Source of the DNA: an uncultured Rhodospirillaceae bacterium
GTDB lineage: Bacteria > Pseudomonadota > Alphaproteobacteria > JAEUKQ01
Assembly: GCA_964414755.1 (NCBI GenBank)
Contig: CAYPXH010000002.1
Coordinates: forward strand, 38,696 to 102,695
Reading direction: 5' to 3'
Length of the DNA stretch: 64,000 nucleotides
A program made the translations under genes and the position numbers. Under the pieces are notes generated by a model. The model was not told the origin of the DNA. It worked only from the letters and a program-made list of their open reading frames with translations, and did not search any database. Below, one piece after another: positions 21,233 to 31,395 of this stretch. Each line of letters opens with the position of its first letter. Positions within the stretch are counted from its first letter, which is position 1.

Positions 21233-21922
21233 ATGCGTATTTTAGCAATTGAAACAAGTGGCAATCAGACGGCTGTTTGCTTTTTCCGCCAAGGGTTGGT
21301 TATTGACTTGTTGCAGCACCAAGGTCAGGAAGGGGGGGCTATCCTAATCAAGCAATTGCGGCATATACAAGATAATTGGCCTGAAGATTTTGCTAATATC
21401 AACTATATCGCTGTTACTGTTGGGCCTGCACCATATACTGGACTGCGTATGGGGTTAGCCGCTGTTCAGGGACTTGGTTTAGCCTTATCAAGGCCTATTT
21501 GGGGAATTAACACTCTAAAACTGGTAGCTTGGCAAACAGCACAAAAAAATGGAACAAGAAAAGACATTCTGGTTGTTTTGGACTCGAAACGGTCTGAATT
21601 TTTTGCCCAACTTTTTAACGATGATGCATACCCCTTAACTTCTGAAATTTTGGTAAAACCAGAATTATTACCCACAATCATAAGACAGCAGCCAACAATT
21701 ATTGTTGGTAACGCAATTACCCAATTGCCGCACCAATTAGTGCAGGACTATGAAGTTAAAAATACCATTCCTGACGTTTCCATGCTTGCAAAAATGGCAG
21801 TATATCAAATACAGAACCAGGAGTCGTGTTTGCCTGCTATACCAATTTATCTTAAATCGGCAGATGTTTCCGTGGCTAAAAAACAGTTTTGGTTGATCAA
21901 TGATCGTAATCCAGCAAGCTGA
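21233..21922 (+). CDS. tsaB: tRNA threonylcarbamoyladenosine biosynthesis protein TsaB (YeaZ)
   Basis: 229 aa. N-terminal MRILAIETSG. Inactive Kae1/TsaD paralog fold. Followed by rimI with overlap, the canonical tsaB-rimI pair. Confidence 0.8.
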   Translation: MRILAIETSGNQTAVCFFRQGLVIDLLQHQGQEGGAILIKQLRHIQDNWPEDFANINYIAVTVGPAPYTGLRMGLAAVQGLGLALSRPIWGINTLKLVAWQTAQKNGTRKDILVVLDSKRSEFFAQLFNDDAYPLTSEILVKPELLPTIIRQQPTIIVGNAITQLPHQLVQDYEVKNTIPDVSMLAKMAVYQIQNQESCLPAIPIYLKSADVSVAKKQFWLINDRNPAS

Positions 21923-22352
21923 TATTAATGGCGGCCAAGTTATATGTGACATTCAACAACAAAGTTTCACGAACCACTGGTCATTAAAAGATTGGCAAGA
22001 TTTATTAAAAGTTCCTGGAACTATTGTAAGATTAGCTTACGATAAGCAAAAGCCAATAGGATATGCGGTTATCCGGCATTTCGGTGATATGGCAGATGTT
22101 ATTTCTGTGGCTGTTTTACCCTCTTACCGACAGCAGGGGATAGCTAAGGCATTGATGAAAGAACTTATGAAAGAGATGCAAGATTTTGGTGTGCGCAATA
22201 TATTGTTAGAAGTGGGTTGTAATAACATGGCAGCCCAACGTCTTTATCAGATATTGGGTTTTAAACCTATTTCCATGCGATTAAATTACTATTATAGTCC
22301 GCCATCTCCACCAGAAAATGCAATTGTTATGCAGTATTTTTGTCATACATAA
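21900..22352 (+). CDS. rimI: Ribosomal-protein-alanine N-acetyltransferase RimI (GNAT)
   Basis: 150-aa GNAT with acetyl-CoA motif (QQGIAKALMKEL). Overlaps tsaB by 23 nt. Confidence 0.75.
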   Translation: MIVIQQADINGGQVICDIQQQSFTNHWSLKDWQDLLKVPGTIVRLAYDKQKPIGYAVIRHFGDMADVISVAVLPSYRQQGIAKALMKELMKEMQDFGVRNILLEVGCNNMAAQRLYQILGFKPISMRLNYYYSPPSPPENAIVMQYFCHT

Positions 22353-22425
22353 TAATAAAAACTCTGGAATATTTGATTAATATTGTTCACAATTAGTTCT
22401 TTATAAAAAAAGGAAGGTAGTTCTT

Positions 22426-22863
22426 GTGGTGAAACGTCAGGAAACGCCAATATCAAAAATTGAAAAAGCGTGTCTACAAAAAGGTATTAAATTAACTGGG
22501 GCGCGCCGTCTAATAGCACAAGTGTTATCCGAGGCAACAGATCACCCTGATGTTGAAACAGTATTTCAGCGTGTTCAGCACCTTGATGCCCGCGTTGGTA
22601 TGGCCACAGTATATCGTACAGTAAAACTTTTTGAAGAAGCACAAATAGTTGCTAGACACGATTTTTTGGATGGCCGTTCGCGGTACGAAGAGATTACGGA
22701 AGAAATCCACCATGATCATTTGATTGACATCAGAACTGGTAAAATTATCGAATTCCAGAATGAAGAAATTGAAATTTTACAAAAGAAAGTAGCAGAAAGT
22801 CTTGGTTACGAACTGATTGGACATCGCCTTGAACTTTATGCTATACCTAAGCAGAAGAAATAA
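22426..22863 (+). CDS. Fur-family transcriptional regulator, Irr-like (iron response regulator)
   Basis: 145-aa Fur fold. HHDH motif present but no C-terminal CxxC cluster, as in rhizobial Irr. Confidence 0.65.
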   Translation: MVKRQETPISKIEKACLQKGIKLTGARRLIAQVLSEATDHPDVETVFQRVQHLDARVGMATVYRTVKLFEEAQIVARHDFLDGRSRYEEITEEIHHDHLIDIRTGKIIEFQNEEIEILQKKVAESLGYELIGHRLELYAIPKQKK

Positions 22864-22900
22864 TTACACCGTGATTTATATGCACATAGGTTAAAATTTT

Positions 22901-23710
22901 ATGCACCAATTATCTACAGCAAACCAACCAGGTCCAGCACCTGTTAGGGTTCGGAACCTTGAAATAAAAATGGCCGGTAGCCGTGCTGAAATTGATGCAG
23001 CCCAAGCATTGCGTTACCAGGTATTCTACCAAGAAATGTCGGCAAAGCCAAGTGCCAACATGAAGCAACAGCAGCGTGATTTTGATCATTTTGATGCCTT
23101 TTGTGATCATTTGATTATCCTAGACCATGATCTGAAAACAAACCTCCCTCCTGTTATTGCTACCTATCGCTTCATGCGCCGCGAAGCAGCTAAAAAATGT
23201 GGTCAGTTTTATTCACAAGATGAATATAATATCGACTGTTTAATTGATCATGCCGGTGAAATTATGGAGTTAGGGCGGTCATGTGTTTCCCTTCCTTATC
23301 GTAATGGACTGGTGATGCAATTATTATGGAGGGGTGTCGTAGAGTATGTGCGTTTTTATGATGTGCAATTAATGTTTGGGTGTGCTAGCTTGCCTGGAAC
23401 AACAATCGATAATCTTGCGGTGTCTCTTTCTTATTTGCACCATTTTCATCAAGCACCTCCTGAGCTTAGGGCAAAAGCACTGGCTAAGCGTTATGTTAAT
23501 ATGAACCTTCTACCGAAAGATCAAATTGACGAAAAAAATGCAATGCTCACACTACCCCCGTTGATTAAAGGATACCTTAGATTAGGTGGATTTATTGGTG
23601 ATGGTGCCGTTATTGATGATCAGTTTAATACAACTGACGTTAATGTTGTTGTAAAAATGGCTTTGGTAACCGATAAGTATGTAAAACATTATTATGGTCG
23701 TACGGAATAA
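22901..23710 (+). CDS. olsB: Ornithine lipid N-acyltransferase OlsB (GNAT-like, hemolysin-like)
   Basis: 269 aa. N-terminal VRNLEIKMAGSRAEIDAAQALRYQVFYQEM matches the conserved OlsB signature. Followed by an overlapping PlsC-type acyltransferase (olsA), the classical olsBA arrangement. Confidence 0.7.
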   Translation: MHQLSTANQPGPAPVRVRNLEIKMAGSRAEIDAAQALRYQVFYQEMSAKPSANMKQQQRDFDHFDAFCDHLIILDHDLKTNLPPVIATYRFMRREAAKKCGQFYSQDEYNIDCLIDHAGEIMELGRSCVSLPYRNGLVMQLLWRGVVEYVRFYDVQLMFGCASLPGTTIDNLAVSLSYLHHFHQAPPELRAKALAKRYVNMNLLPKDQIDEKNAMLTLPPLIKGYLRLGGFIGDGAVIDDQFNTTDVNVVVKMALVTDKYVKHYYGRTE

Positions 23711-24632
23711 TTTGAATACAATGCAGAGCATGATAAAAGATTCCATGCAACTTTCGCAAAAAAAGCCATATCTCTTTTCATTTGGATCACGTGTTTTAGC
23801 AGCGTGGCGTTTATTTTTATATGCGCTAATTAATCTGGTTTTTATTAGCACACAACTGGTACTTCGTGCCATTAATGGCGATAAAATATCGGGATTCCCA
23901 ATTTTTTATCATCGCTTATGTTGTCGTGTTTTAGGATTAGATATTATCACCAAAGGGACGCAATCACCACACCGTCCAACCCTATATGTTGCAAACCATA
24001 CCAGCTATACCGATATTATTTCTTTTGCCACGCTGATGCCAATTTCATTTATTGGTAAACAAGAAATTGCGAATTGGCCAATTTTTGGGTTATTAGCAAA
24101 GCTTCAACGAACAGTCTTTATTGATCGTAAACGTCATAATACGGATGCACATCGTGATTCAATAACAGGTAGGTTGCAAGAAGGAGACAGCCTGATGTTA
24201 TTTCCTGAAGGAACAACCAATGATGGAAACCGGTTATTACCCTTCCGCAGCTCGTTATTTGCTGTGGCTGAAACACCATTAGTTCATGATCAACGTGTGA
24301 CATCTTCATATGTTTGGGTACAACCAGTTTCAATATCATACACCCATTTGAACGGGTTGCCATTGGGGTATAGCTGGCGTCATCTTGTTGCTTGGTATGG
24401 TGATATTGGTTTTGCCGAACATATGTGGCAATTGCTTAGATTAGGTAGAATTACTATTCGAATAGAATTTCATGAGCCGGTAAACATAACACAATTTAAG
24501 TCCCGTAAGGAGATGAGTGATTACTGTTTTAAAAAAGTTGAAAAGGGCTTTTATGATGCCATAACCGGCCGGCCCTGGACTGGTCCAGAACAGCTATTAT
24601 CTAAAGATCAGCGGAAAACAGATCAATCATGA
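23694..24632 (+). CDS. olsA: Lyso-ornithine lipid O-acyltransferase OlsA (PlsC family)
   Basis: 312 aa with N-terminal TM. HX4D acyltransferase motif NHTSYTD and FPEGT motif. Overlaps olsB. Confidence 0.65.
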   Translation: MVVRNNLNTMQSMIKDSMQLSQKKPYLFSFGSRVLAAWRLFLYALINLVFISTQLVLRAINGDKISGFPIFYHRLCCRVLGLDIITKGTQSPHRPTLYVANHTSYTDIISFATLMPISFIGKQEIANWPIFGLLAKLQRTVFIDRKRHNTDAHRDSITGRLQEGDSLMLFPEGTTNDGNRLLPFRSSLFAVAETPLVHDQRVTSSYVWVQPVSISYTHLNGLPLGYSWRHLVAWYGDIGFAEHMWQLLRLGRITIRIEFHEPVNITQFKSRKEMSDYCFKKVEKGFYDAITGRPWTGPEQLLSKDQRKTDQS

Positions 24633-26005
24633 AAAAGGTATTTATCAAAAGCTATGGCTGTCAGATGAATCATTATGACTCAGAGAGAATGCTTGAATCC
24701 CTGACCCCCCTGGCTTTTCAGCAAACCGAATCGGTTGAAGAGGCCGATATGATTATTTTAAATACCTGCCATATTCGTGAAAAAGCTGCTGATAAGCTAT
24801 TTTCTGATTTGGGGCGCTTGAATCAACTGAAAAACAGGCGTCAGCAACAAGGTCAACAAACCGTTCTAACGGTAGCGGGGTGTGTCGCTCAAGCCGAAGG
24901 GGAAGAAATACAAAAACGCGCACCTTATGTTGATATTGTTATTGGTCCGCAGGCATATCATCGCTTGCCGCAAATTCTTGAAACGCCAGCCCATCAAAAC
25001 GCTGATGAGAAAATTTCTGCTTTCGGGGTTGTTGATACCGAATTTCCGGTCGAGTCAAAATTTGATCATTTACCAAAAAACCGCAGCAAAACAAACGTTT
25101 CGGCTTTTTTAACAATTCAGGAAGGCTGCGATAAATTTTGCACATTTTGTGTGGTGCCTTATACAAGGGGTGCTGAAAGTTCGAGACCCGTTAGTGATAT
25201 TGTCAAAGAAGCACAACAGCTGGTAAGGAATGGTGCACAGGAAATAATCTTATTAGGCCAAAATGTAAATGCTTATCATGGAATATCTGAAAAAAATGCT
25301 GAAAGCTGGGGTTTAGCGCGATTACTTTATGAATTGGCAGAAATTAGTGGATTACGTCGGCTGCGCTATACAACATCACATCCACTTGATATGGGCGATG
25401 ATTTAATTAAGGCGCATGGTGAAATTGATATTTTAATGCCTTATTTGCATTTACCGGTTCAATCTGGTTCAAATCGAATATTAAAATTAATGAACAGGCG
25501 GCATAATACGAACGACTATGAGCGTGTGATTAATCAACTTAGGTTTGTTAGGCCGGATATAGCACTATCATCGGATTTTATTGTTGGCTTTCCGGGTGAA
25601 ACAGACCATGATTTTAAAGAAACCTTGGCATTTGTTAACAAGATAGGATATGCCCAAGCTTTTTCGTTTAAATATAGTGCCCGGCCAGGAACACCTGCAG
25701 CAACACATGATCAACAGGTAGACGAGGTTGTTAAGGATCATCGGTTGCAGGAACTGCAAGCATTGCTTGATCAACAGCAACATGATTTTAACCAAAAAAT
25801 GGTTGGACAAATTGTACCTGTTCTTTTTGAAAAAACGAGCCGGTATGATCACCAAATACAGGGTCGTAGTCCTTATATGCAGTTGGTGCATGTAATAGCT
25901 ACAAACGAGCTGATCGGACATATCAGAAATGTTCGTGTCGATCTTGCTCATCCACATAGCTTGGTTGGCACCTTGCAGCCAGTTTCTTCGAGATATACAG
26001 GTTAA
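24629..26005 (+). CDS. miaB: tRNA-2-methylthio-N6-dimethylallyladenosine synthase MiaB
   Basis: 458 aa. MTTase N-terminal domain, radical SAM CxxxCxxC (CDKFCTFC) and TRAM domain. ATGA overlap with olsA. Confidence 0.9.
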   Translation: MKKVFIKSYGCQMNHYDSERMLESLTPLAFQQTESVEEADMIILNTCHIREKAADKLFSDLGRLNQLKNRRQQQGQQTVLTVAGCVAQAEGEEIQKRAPYVDIVIGPQAYHRLPQILETPAHQNADEKISAFGVVDTEFPVESKFDHLPKNRSKTNVSAFLTIQEGCDKFCTFCVVPYTRGAESSRPVSDIVKEAQQLVRNGAQEIILLGQNVNAYHGISEKNAESWGLARLLYELAEISGLRRLRYTTSHPLDMGDDLIKAHGEIDILMPYLHLPVQSGSNRILKLMNRRHNTNDYERVINQLRFVRPDIALSSDFIVGFPGETDHDFKETLAFVNKIGYAQAFSFKYSARPGTPAATHDQQVDEVVKDHRLQELQALLDQQQHDFNQKMVGQIVPVLFEKTSRYDHQIQGRSPYMQLVHVIATNELIGHIRNVRVDLAHPHSLVGTLQPVSSRYTG

Positions 26006-26008
26006 AAT

Positions 26009-27046
26009 ATGGTTGAAACCTCTGACTCGTCGCTTTTACCACCTACAGTTCTATCGTTTGATGATAACCGTCTTTTACCATCATTATATGGTCAACATGA
26101 AGAGCACCTAGCACGATTGGAACAATTATTGCAGCTATCGATTGTTTCACGGGGTAATAAATTGTTGGTTTCAGGTCTACCTTCTAATGTTGAAATTGTA
26201 AAAGTGGTTCTTAACCTTTTGTATCAGCGTCTAAAGAAAGGCCAAAACGTTGATCTTGCCGAGATTGAAGGGGCGGTTCGAATTGTCAAGGACAAGAATA
26301 TTACTTCTAATGGACATGCTGATAACATGGCTTCAGGCCAATTATTATTACCCGATGAAAGCAGTGAAGCTGTTATTAAAACCATTCGCCGCCATGTTAT
26401 TCCACGCTCACCCAATCAAGTTGCCTATGTTAAGGCTTTACGACAACATCCCCTAGTTTTTGGATTAGGGCCAGCTGGTACAGGCAAAACGTATTTAGCG
26501 GTTGCAGCCGCAGTTTCAGCACTAATTAACGGTAAGATTGATCGGATTATTTTATCCAGGCCTGCTGTTGAAGCTGGGGAACGTTTGGGCTTTTTACCCG
26601 GTGATCTTAAAGAAAAGGTTGATCCTTATTTAAGGCCGCTCTACGATGCTCTTTATGATATGCTTCCGCCCGAGCAGGTAGAGCGTCGGCTAACTACCGG
26701 TGATATTGAAATTGCGCCCCTGGCGTTTATGCGTGGCAGAACTTTATCAAATTGCTTTGTTATTTTGGACGAAGCACAAAACACAACCCCTGTTCAGATG
26801 AAAATGTTTTTGACACGTCTTGGACAGAATGCCCAAATGGTTGTTACGGGTGATTTATCGCAAATTGATCTTCCAGGGGGGAGCCTTTCCGGATTGGCCG
26901 ATGCGCTGCGCATTTTGCGTGGGGTTAAAGATATTCAAGTTATTGAATTTACAAAAGATGATGTCGTACGTCATCCTTTAGTAGCGCGGATTATTGAGGC
27001 ATATGATCGACGAAACCCAAATCAAACTGAACAATCGCGTTCCTAG
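26009..27046 (+). CDS. ybeZ: PhoH-like ATPase (YbeZ)
   Basis: 345 aa. Walker A GPAGTGKT. PhoH family. Position between miaB and ybeY. Confidence 0.85.
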   Translation: MVETSDSSLLPPTVLSFDDNRLLPSLYGQHEEHLARLEQLLQLSIVSRGNKLLVSGLPSNVEIVKVVLNLLYQRLKKGQNVDLAEIEGAVRIVKDKNITSNGHADNMASGQLLLPDESSEAVIKTIRRHVIPRSPNQVAYVKALRQHPLVFGLGPAGTGKTYLAVAAAVSALINGKIDRIILSRPAVEAGERLGFLPGDLKEKVDPYLRPLYDALYDMLPPEQVERRLTTGDIEIAPLAFMRGRTLSNCFVILDEAQNTTPVQMKMFLTRLGQNAQMVVTGDLSQIDLPGGSLSGLADALRILRGVKDIQVIEFTKDDVVRHPLVARIIEAYDRRNPNQTEQSRS

Positions 27047-27047
27047 A

Positions 27048-27563
27048 ATGCGGAAAAATATAATCAGAAAATCGACAATCAAGTTGCATATTCAGGTTCT
27101 AGATAGGAATTGGCGCCGGACTTTACCCAGTTTTGGCAGATATATTAGAAAGATTGTGGCATGTCATTATCCAGGACCACGTGATCTTGCCATCCCAGAA
27201 TTTTCTGTTGTTTTAACGGATAACCAACACTTGCAGAAACTAAATGCTCAATACAGGGGGCATGACAAAGTGACCAATGTGTTATCGTTTCCGATACCAT
27301 ATTTATACCAGAATGCCAATGGTCATACCGTAAGTTTCCTTGGGGACATTTTTATGGGTCATGATCTGATTGTTGCAGAAGCGCGTGCACAACAAAAAAC
27401 AGTTCTTGATCACGCAACCCATTTATTGTTTCATGGATTGCTGCATCTACTTGGACATGATCACCAAACAACAAAAGAGGCAGAAATTATGGAACGCTTG
27501 GAAATAGATATATTGGCTTCACTTAACATTAAAAATCCATATATTATTCAATCAAAGTCTTAA
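27048..27563 (+). CDS. ybeY: rRNA maturation endoribonuclease YbeY
   Basis: Zinc motif HGLLHLLGHDH. Start reset to ATG 27048, one nt after the ybeZ stop, instead of the 26994 overlap start. Confidence 0.85.
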   Translation: MRKNIIRKSTIKLHIQVLDRNWRRTLPSFGRYIRKIVACHYPGPRDLAIPEFSVVLTDNQHLQKLNAQYRGHDKVTNVLSFPIPYLYQNANGHTVSFLGDIFMGHDLIVAEARAQQKTVLDHATHLLFHGLLHLLGHDHQTTKEAEIMERLEIDILASLNIKNPYIIQSKS

Positions 27564-27585
27564 AAATTCTTTTAACGAAAATTCA

Positions 27586-28494
27586 ATGTCAGACCAATCA
27601 TTTTCATCACATTCTGCAACATCTTCTTCTTCAAACCAAGATCCTGGAAGGCGAGGGTTTTGGCAGCGTTTATTAGGGTTTTGGCGCAAAAAAAATGGTA
27701 GCGAAGAACTACGTGAAGTTATCGAGGATTTGATTGAAGAACATGATGCAGATCCTGATTCTTCGGCTTTTGGTGCTGATGAAGGTAGTTTGCTACGTAA
27801 CATATTAAAATTACGTGATTTAACAGCCTATGATGTTATGATACCTCGTGCCGATATTGTTGCTGTTTCAAATAACTTAAGCCTACAGGAATTATTAAAA
27901 GTTTTTAGCCGTGAAGGTCATTCGCGGCTGCCTCTTTACCGCGATCATTTAGATGATGTTATTGGCTTTTTGCATATTCGTGATATATTGGCTTGTACTA
28001 TTCATGAACGTGAATATCAGCTTGACGCTTTAAAACGTGATATTTTGTTCGTTGCCCCAACTATGTCAGTATTGGATTTGTTGCTTGAAATGCGTCTTAG
28101 CCGCATTCATATGGCTGTTGTTATTGACGAGTTTGGTGGTACCGATGGGCTTATAACTATCGAGGATGTAATTGAATCGATCGTTGGTGATATCGAGGAC
28201 GAGCATGATGTTCCAGAAGCTTCCCATCTTGTACATCGTTCTGATGGTTCATGGCTTGCAGATGCCCGCCTATCAATCAACGATCTTGAGCAGCAGGTTG
28301 GTAAGGTTTTAACCGAGGAAGAAGAGAAAAAAAATATTGATACTGTTGGCGGACTAATTTTCTCGATCACTGGGCGTATTCCAAGTCGTGGTGAATTAAT
28401 AGCACATCCTTCGGGCCTGCAATTCGAGGTTATTGAGGCCGACCCGCGGCGAATTAAAAAATTGCGTATCATACGTTCAATACCGAATTACTGA
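27586..28494 (+). CDS. CorC/HlyC (TlyC) family protein with tandem CBS domains (YbeX-like Mg/Co efflux-associated)
   Basis: 302 aa. CBS pair plus C-terminal CorC_HlyC transporter-associated domain. Conserved ybeZ-ybeY-ybeX-lnt order. Confidence 0.8.
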   Translation: MSDQSFSSHSATSSSSNQDPGRRGFWQRLLGFWRKKNGSEELREVIEDLIEEHDADPDSSAFGADEGSLLRNILKLRDLTAYDVMIPRADIVAVSNNLSLQELLKVFSREGHSRLPLYRDHLDDVIGFLHIRDILACTIHEREYQLDALKRDILFVAPTMSVLDLLLEMRLSRIHMAVVIDEFGGTDGLITIEDVIESIVGDIEDEHDVPEASHLVHRSDGSWLADARLSINDLEQQVGKVLTEEEEKKNIDTVGGLIFSITGRIPSRGELIAHPSGLQFEVIEADPRRIKKLRIIRSIPNY

Positions 28495-28502
28495 AATACC
28501 TT

Positions 28503-30110
28503 ATGAAACCCAATAAAATTGCTGGTCATTTTTTTCTTTTGATTAACCAATATCCTTGGCTATTGCGCTTGGTTCTAGTCGTGTTAGGGGTTATATCTTC
28601 GTTAGCTTTTGCACCATACCATCTGGTCTTTTTATTGGTTCCAGCTTTTAGTTTTTTAATTTGGTTTCTTGATATTCAAACAAATCGCATATCTGTTTTT
28701 GCACCAATATGGTGGTTTGGTCTGGGGCATTTTGTTTTTGGTAACGCTTGGATGGCAAATGCTATTTTGGTGCGGGCTGACGAGTTTTGGTGGCTATATC
28801 CTATTGCGCTTTTTGTGCCAGGTGCCGTACTAGCTACTTTGCCGGCCTTGTTAGGTGCTGTTGTATGGTCAAAGCGCAAGTCTCCTGATATTACGGTATC
28901 AGTTATATCGGTTGCTTTTGCATGGTCTTTGTCAGAGTGGCTGCGGTGCTGGATGTTAACAGGCTATCCATGGAATCTTATTGGGTATGTTTGGTCAAAT
29001 TACATACCAGTTTTACAAAGCGTAAATATTATTGGGGTTTTGGGGCTGGGGCTACTGACATTAATAACAGCAATGCTGCCCGTATTGTTTTGGAGTCCAA
29101 CAAAAAAAACAGTCATAAATCTTAAAAACATTACTTTTTTGGCAGGTATGGTTTTTATATGGTTAGGGATTGTGATCTATGGTGTGCAGCGACTGCACTA
29201 TTTCCCTACCACTTATGTACCAGGTATTCTGCTTAGATTAGTACAGCCAGCTATTTCCCAGCAGGATAAAATTAATCCCGATAATTATCAGCGCAACTTA
29301 AATGATTATTTGCGCCTAACCCGTAATACAAGTAACTTTCACCAGGTTACCCATGTAATATGGCCTGAATCGTCTGTTAGTTACGATGTCGAGCGGTATC
29401 CAGAAGTGCGCCAGTTGTTATCAAGTGCCGTACCCGAAGGCGGAAAACTAATCTTTGGTGCTAATCGATTGCTGTGGCAGGTTGACCAAGTTATTCAAGC
29501 CTGGAACAGTCTATATGTAATTAATCAGGTTGGTGATATACTGGCGCGTTATGATAAGACTCATCTGGTACCATTTGGAGAGTATGTGCCTGGACGTTCA
29601 TGGTTTCCATGGCTTAACAAGATAACGCCGGGAGTGCTTGACTTTTCAGCCGGTTCCGGACATGTAACATTAACTTTGGAAAACGATATATTACCCCCGT
29701 TTAGTCCCCTTATATGTTACGAGGTTATTTTTCCCGGGCAGGTTAAATCCTACACAGACAGACCAACCTGGTTACTAAATATCACTAATGACGGTTGGTT
29801 TGGCCTTAGCAGTGGCCCATATCAACATTTTGAGATGGCTAAAACGCGTGCTGTCGAGGAAGGAATTCCGCTAATTCGAGTTGCGGCAACCGGAATTAGT
29901 GGTGTGGTTGATCCGTATGGTCGCGTCTTGGCCTTGATGCCCCTTAATCAGGTTGGTGTTGTTGATGCACCTTTGCCAAAACCACATCCTACACGGACAT
30001 GGTATTCCAAATTTGGTAACAGCACGTTTTTGGTCCTCTTAGGGATGTTGGCTATTTTCCTTGTTTGGAGCAGAGTGACCATAAGAAGGAAACCTGCAGG
30101 CCAATCCTAA
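28503..30110 (+). CDS. lnt: Apolipoprotein N-acyltransferase Lnt
   Basis: 535 aa. N-terminal multi-TM domain plus C-terminal CN-hydrolase (nitrilase) domain with conserved Glu-Lys-Cys region (ICYEVIFP). Confidence 0.85.
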   Translation: MKPNKIAGHFFLLINQYPWLLRLVLVVLGVISSLAFAPYHLVFLLVPAFSFLIWFLDIQTNRISVFAPIWWFGLGHFVFGNAWMANAILVRADEFWWLYPIALFVPGAVLATLPALLGAVVWSKRKSPDITVSVISVAFAWSLSEWLRCWMLTGYPWNLIGYVWSNYIPVLQSVNIIGVLGLGLLTLITAMLPVLFWSPTKKTVINLKNITFLAGMVFIWLGIVIYGVQRLHYFPTTYVPGILLRLVQPAISQQDKINPDNYQRNLNDYLRLTRNTSNFHQVTHVIWPESSVSYDVERYPEVRQLLSSAVPEGGKLIFGANRLLWQVDQVIQAWNSLYVINQVGDILARYDKTHLVPFGEYVPGRSWFPWLNKITPGVLDFSAGSGHVTLTLENDILPPFSPLICYEVIFPGQVKSYTDRPTWLLNITNDGWFGLSSGPYQHFEMAKTRAVEEGIPLIRVAATGISGVVDPYGRVLALMPLNQVGVVDAPLPKPHPTRTWYSKFGNSTFLVLLGMLAIFLVWSRVTIRRKPAGQS

Positions 30111-30207
30111 AATTTACTGATATGCATAAAATCTATTTTCTTTTTTGGAAATATAGATAGTCTAACGTTTTTGGTACAGTAATGAATATTAAAAGGATTT
30201 TTGTATC

Positions 30208-31386
30208 GTGCAAAGCAAAAAAAAGGACTATTTATTCACCAGCGAGTCTGTTTCCGAGGGGCACCCAGACAAGGTTTGTGATCGCATTTCCGACAGCATC
30301 GTAGATGCGTTTTTGTCTGTTGATCCCTATGCTCGTGTTGCTTTGGAAAGCTTGGCTACAACCAACAAAGTGGTGCTGGCTGGTGAAGTTCGTGGACCTG
30401 ATCAGATAAACCATCAAAAATTGCGGGACATTACCCGACAGGCGATTCGTGATATCGGTTATGAGCAAGAGGGGTTTAACTGGAAAACGGTTGATATTGA
30501 CGTTTATGTTCATAAACAGTCTGCCGATATTGCCATGGGTGTTGATGCCACGTCAAATAAGGAAGAAGGGGCTGGTGATCAGGGAATTATGTTTGGGTAT
30601 GCTTGTACGGAAACACCCGATTTAATGCCTGCGCCACTTTATTATGCCCACGCTATTTTGAAATCATTATCAATGGCGCGGCGCGAGAACAAAAATTTGG
30701 GCTTATTTCCCGATGCCAAAAGTCAGGTAACTTTACAATATATTAATGGCAAACCTGTTCGTGCAACCTCGATTGTTGTTTCAACCCAGCATCATGCCGA
30801 TTTAACCCAACAAGAGGTTCGCGAAATTGTGCGTCCACATGTTTTAAAAATTTTGCCGAAAGGTTGGATGTGTGATGAAAAAGAGTTTTACGTCAACCCA
30901 ACAGGACGTTTCGTAATTGGTGGGCCAGATGGTGATACAGGGTTAACCGGCCGCAAAATTATTGTTGATACTTATGGCGGGGCTGCTCCACACGGTGGGG
31001 GGGCTTTTTCTGGCAAAGATCCAACCAAGGTTGATCGTTCAGCTGCCTATGCAGCTCGATATTTAGCTAAAAATGTGGTAGCTGCAGGCTTGGCGGATGC
31101 TTGTACAATTCAACTAGCGTATGCCATAGGTGTTGCTAGGCCATTATCTGTTTATGTTAACGCCCATGGTACTGGTAAAGTGGAAGAAGAGCAGCTATCC
31201 AGAAAACTGCAACAAATGGTTAATTTGAGCCCGCGCGGCATTCGCGAAAAATTGCAACTGAATCGTCCGATTTATGCTCGGACGTCTGCTTATGGCCATT
31301 TTGGCCGGAAGCCCGATTCTGATGGCGGTTTTTCTTGGGAAAAATTGGACTTGGTTGCCGAATTGAAGTCGACTTTTGCGTGCTAA
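30208..31386 (+). CDS. metK: S-adenosylmethionine synthase MetK
   Basis: [18 protein letters not shown]-terminus. [28 protein letters not shown]. 392 aa with GTG start. Confidence 0.9.
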   Translation: MQSKKKDYLFTSESVSEGHPDKVCDRISDSIVDAFLSVDPYARVALESLATTNKVVLAGEVRGPDQINHQKLRDITRQAIRDIGYEQEGFNWKTVDIDVYVHKQSADIAMGVDATSNKEEGAGDQGIMFGYACTETPDLMPAPLYYAHAILKSLSMARRENKNLGLFPDAKSQVTLQYINGKPVRATSIVVSTQHHADLTQQEVREIVRPHVLKILPKGWMCDEKEFYVNPTGRFVIGGPDGDTGLTGRKIIVDTYGGAAPHGGGAFSGKDPTKVDRSAAYAARYLAKNVVAAGLADACTIQLAYAIGVARPLSVYVNAHGTGKVEEEQLSRKLQQMVNLSPRGIREKLQLNRPIYARTSAYGHFGRKPDSDGGFSWEKLDLVAELKSTFAC

Positions 31387-31395
31387 AATATTATT

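Noticed and set aside
30111-30207. Possible SAM riboswitch in the metK leader
   Set aside because: The 97-nt leader is AT-rich, but I could not find the SAM-II pseudoknot signature or any other SAM-class core. The A-rich run overlaps the first metK codons. Left unassigned pending an Rfam scan.
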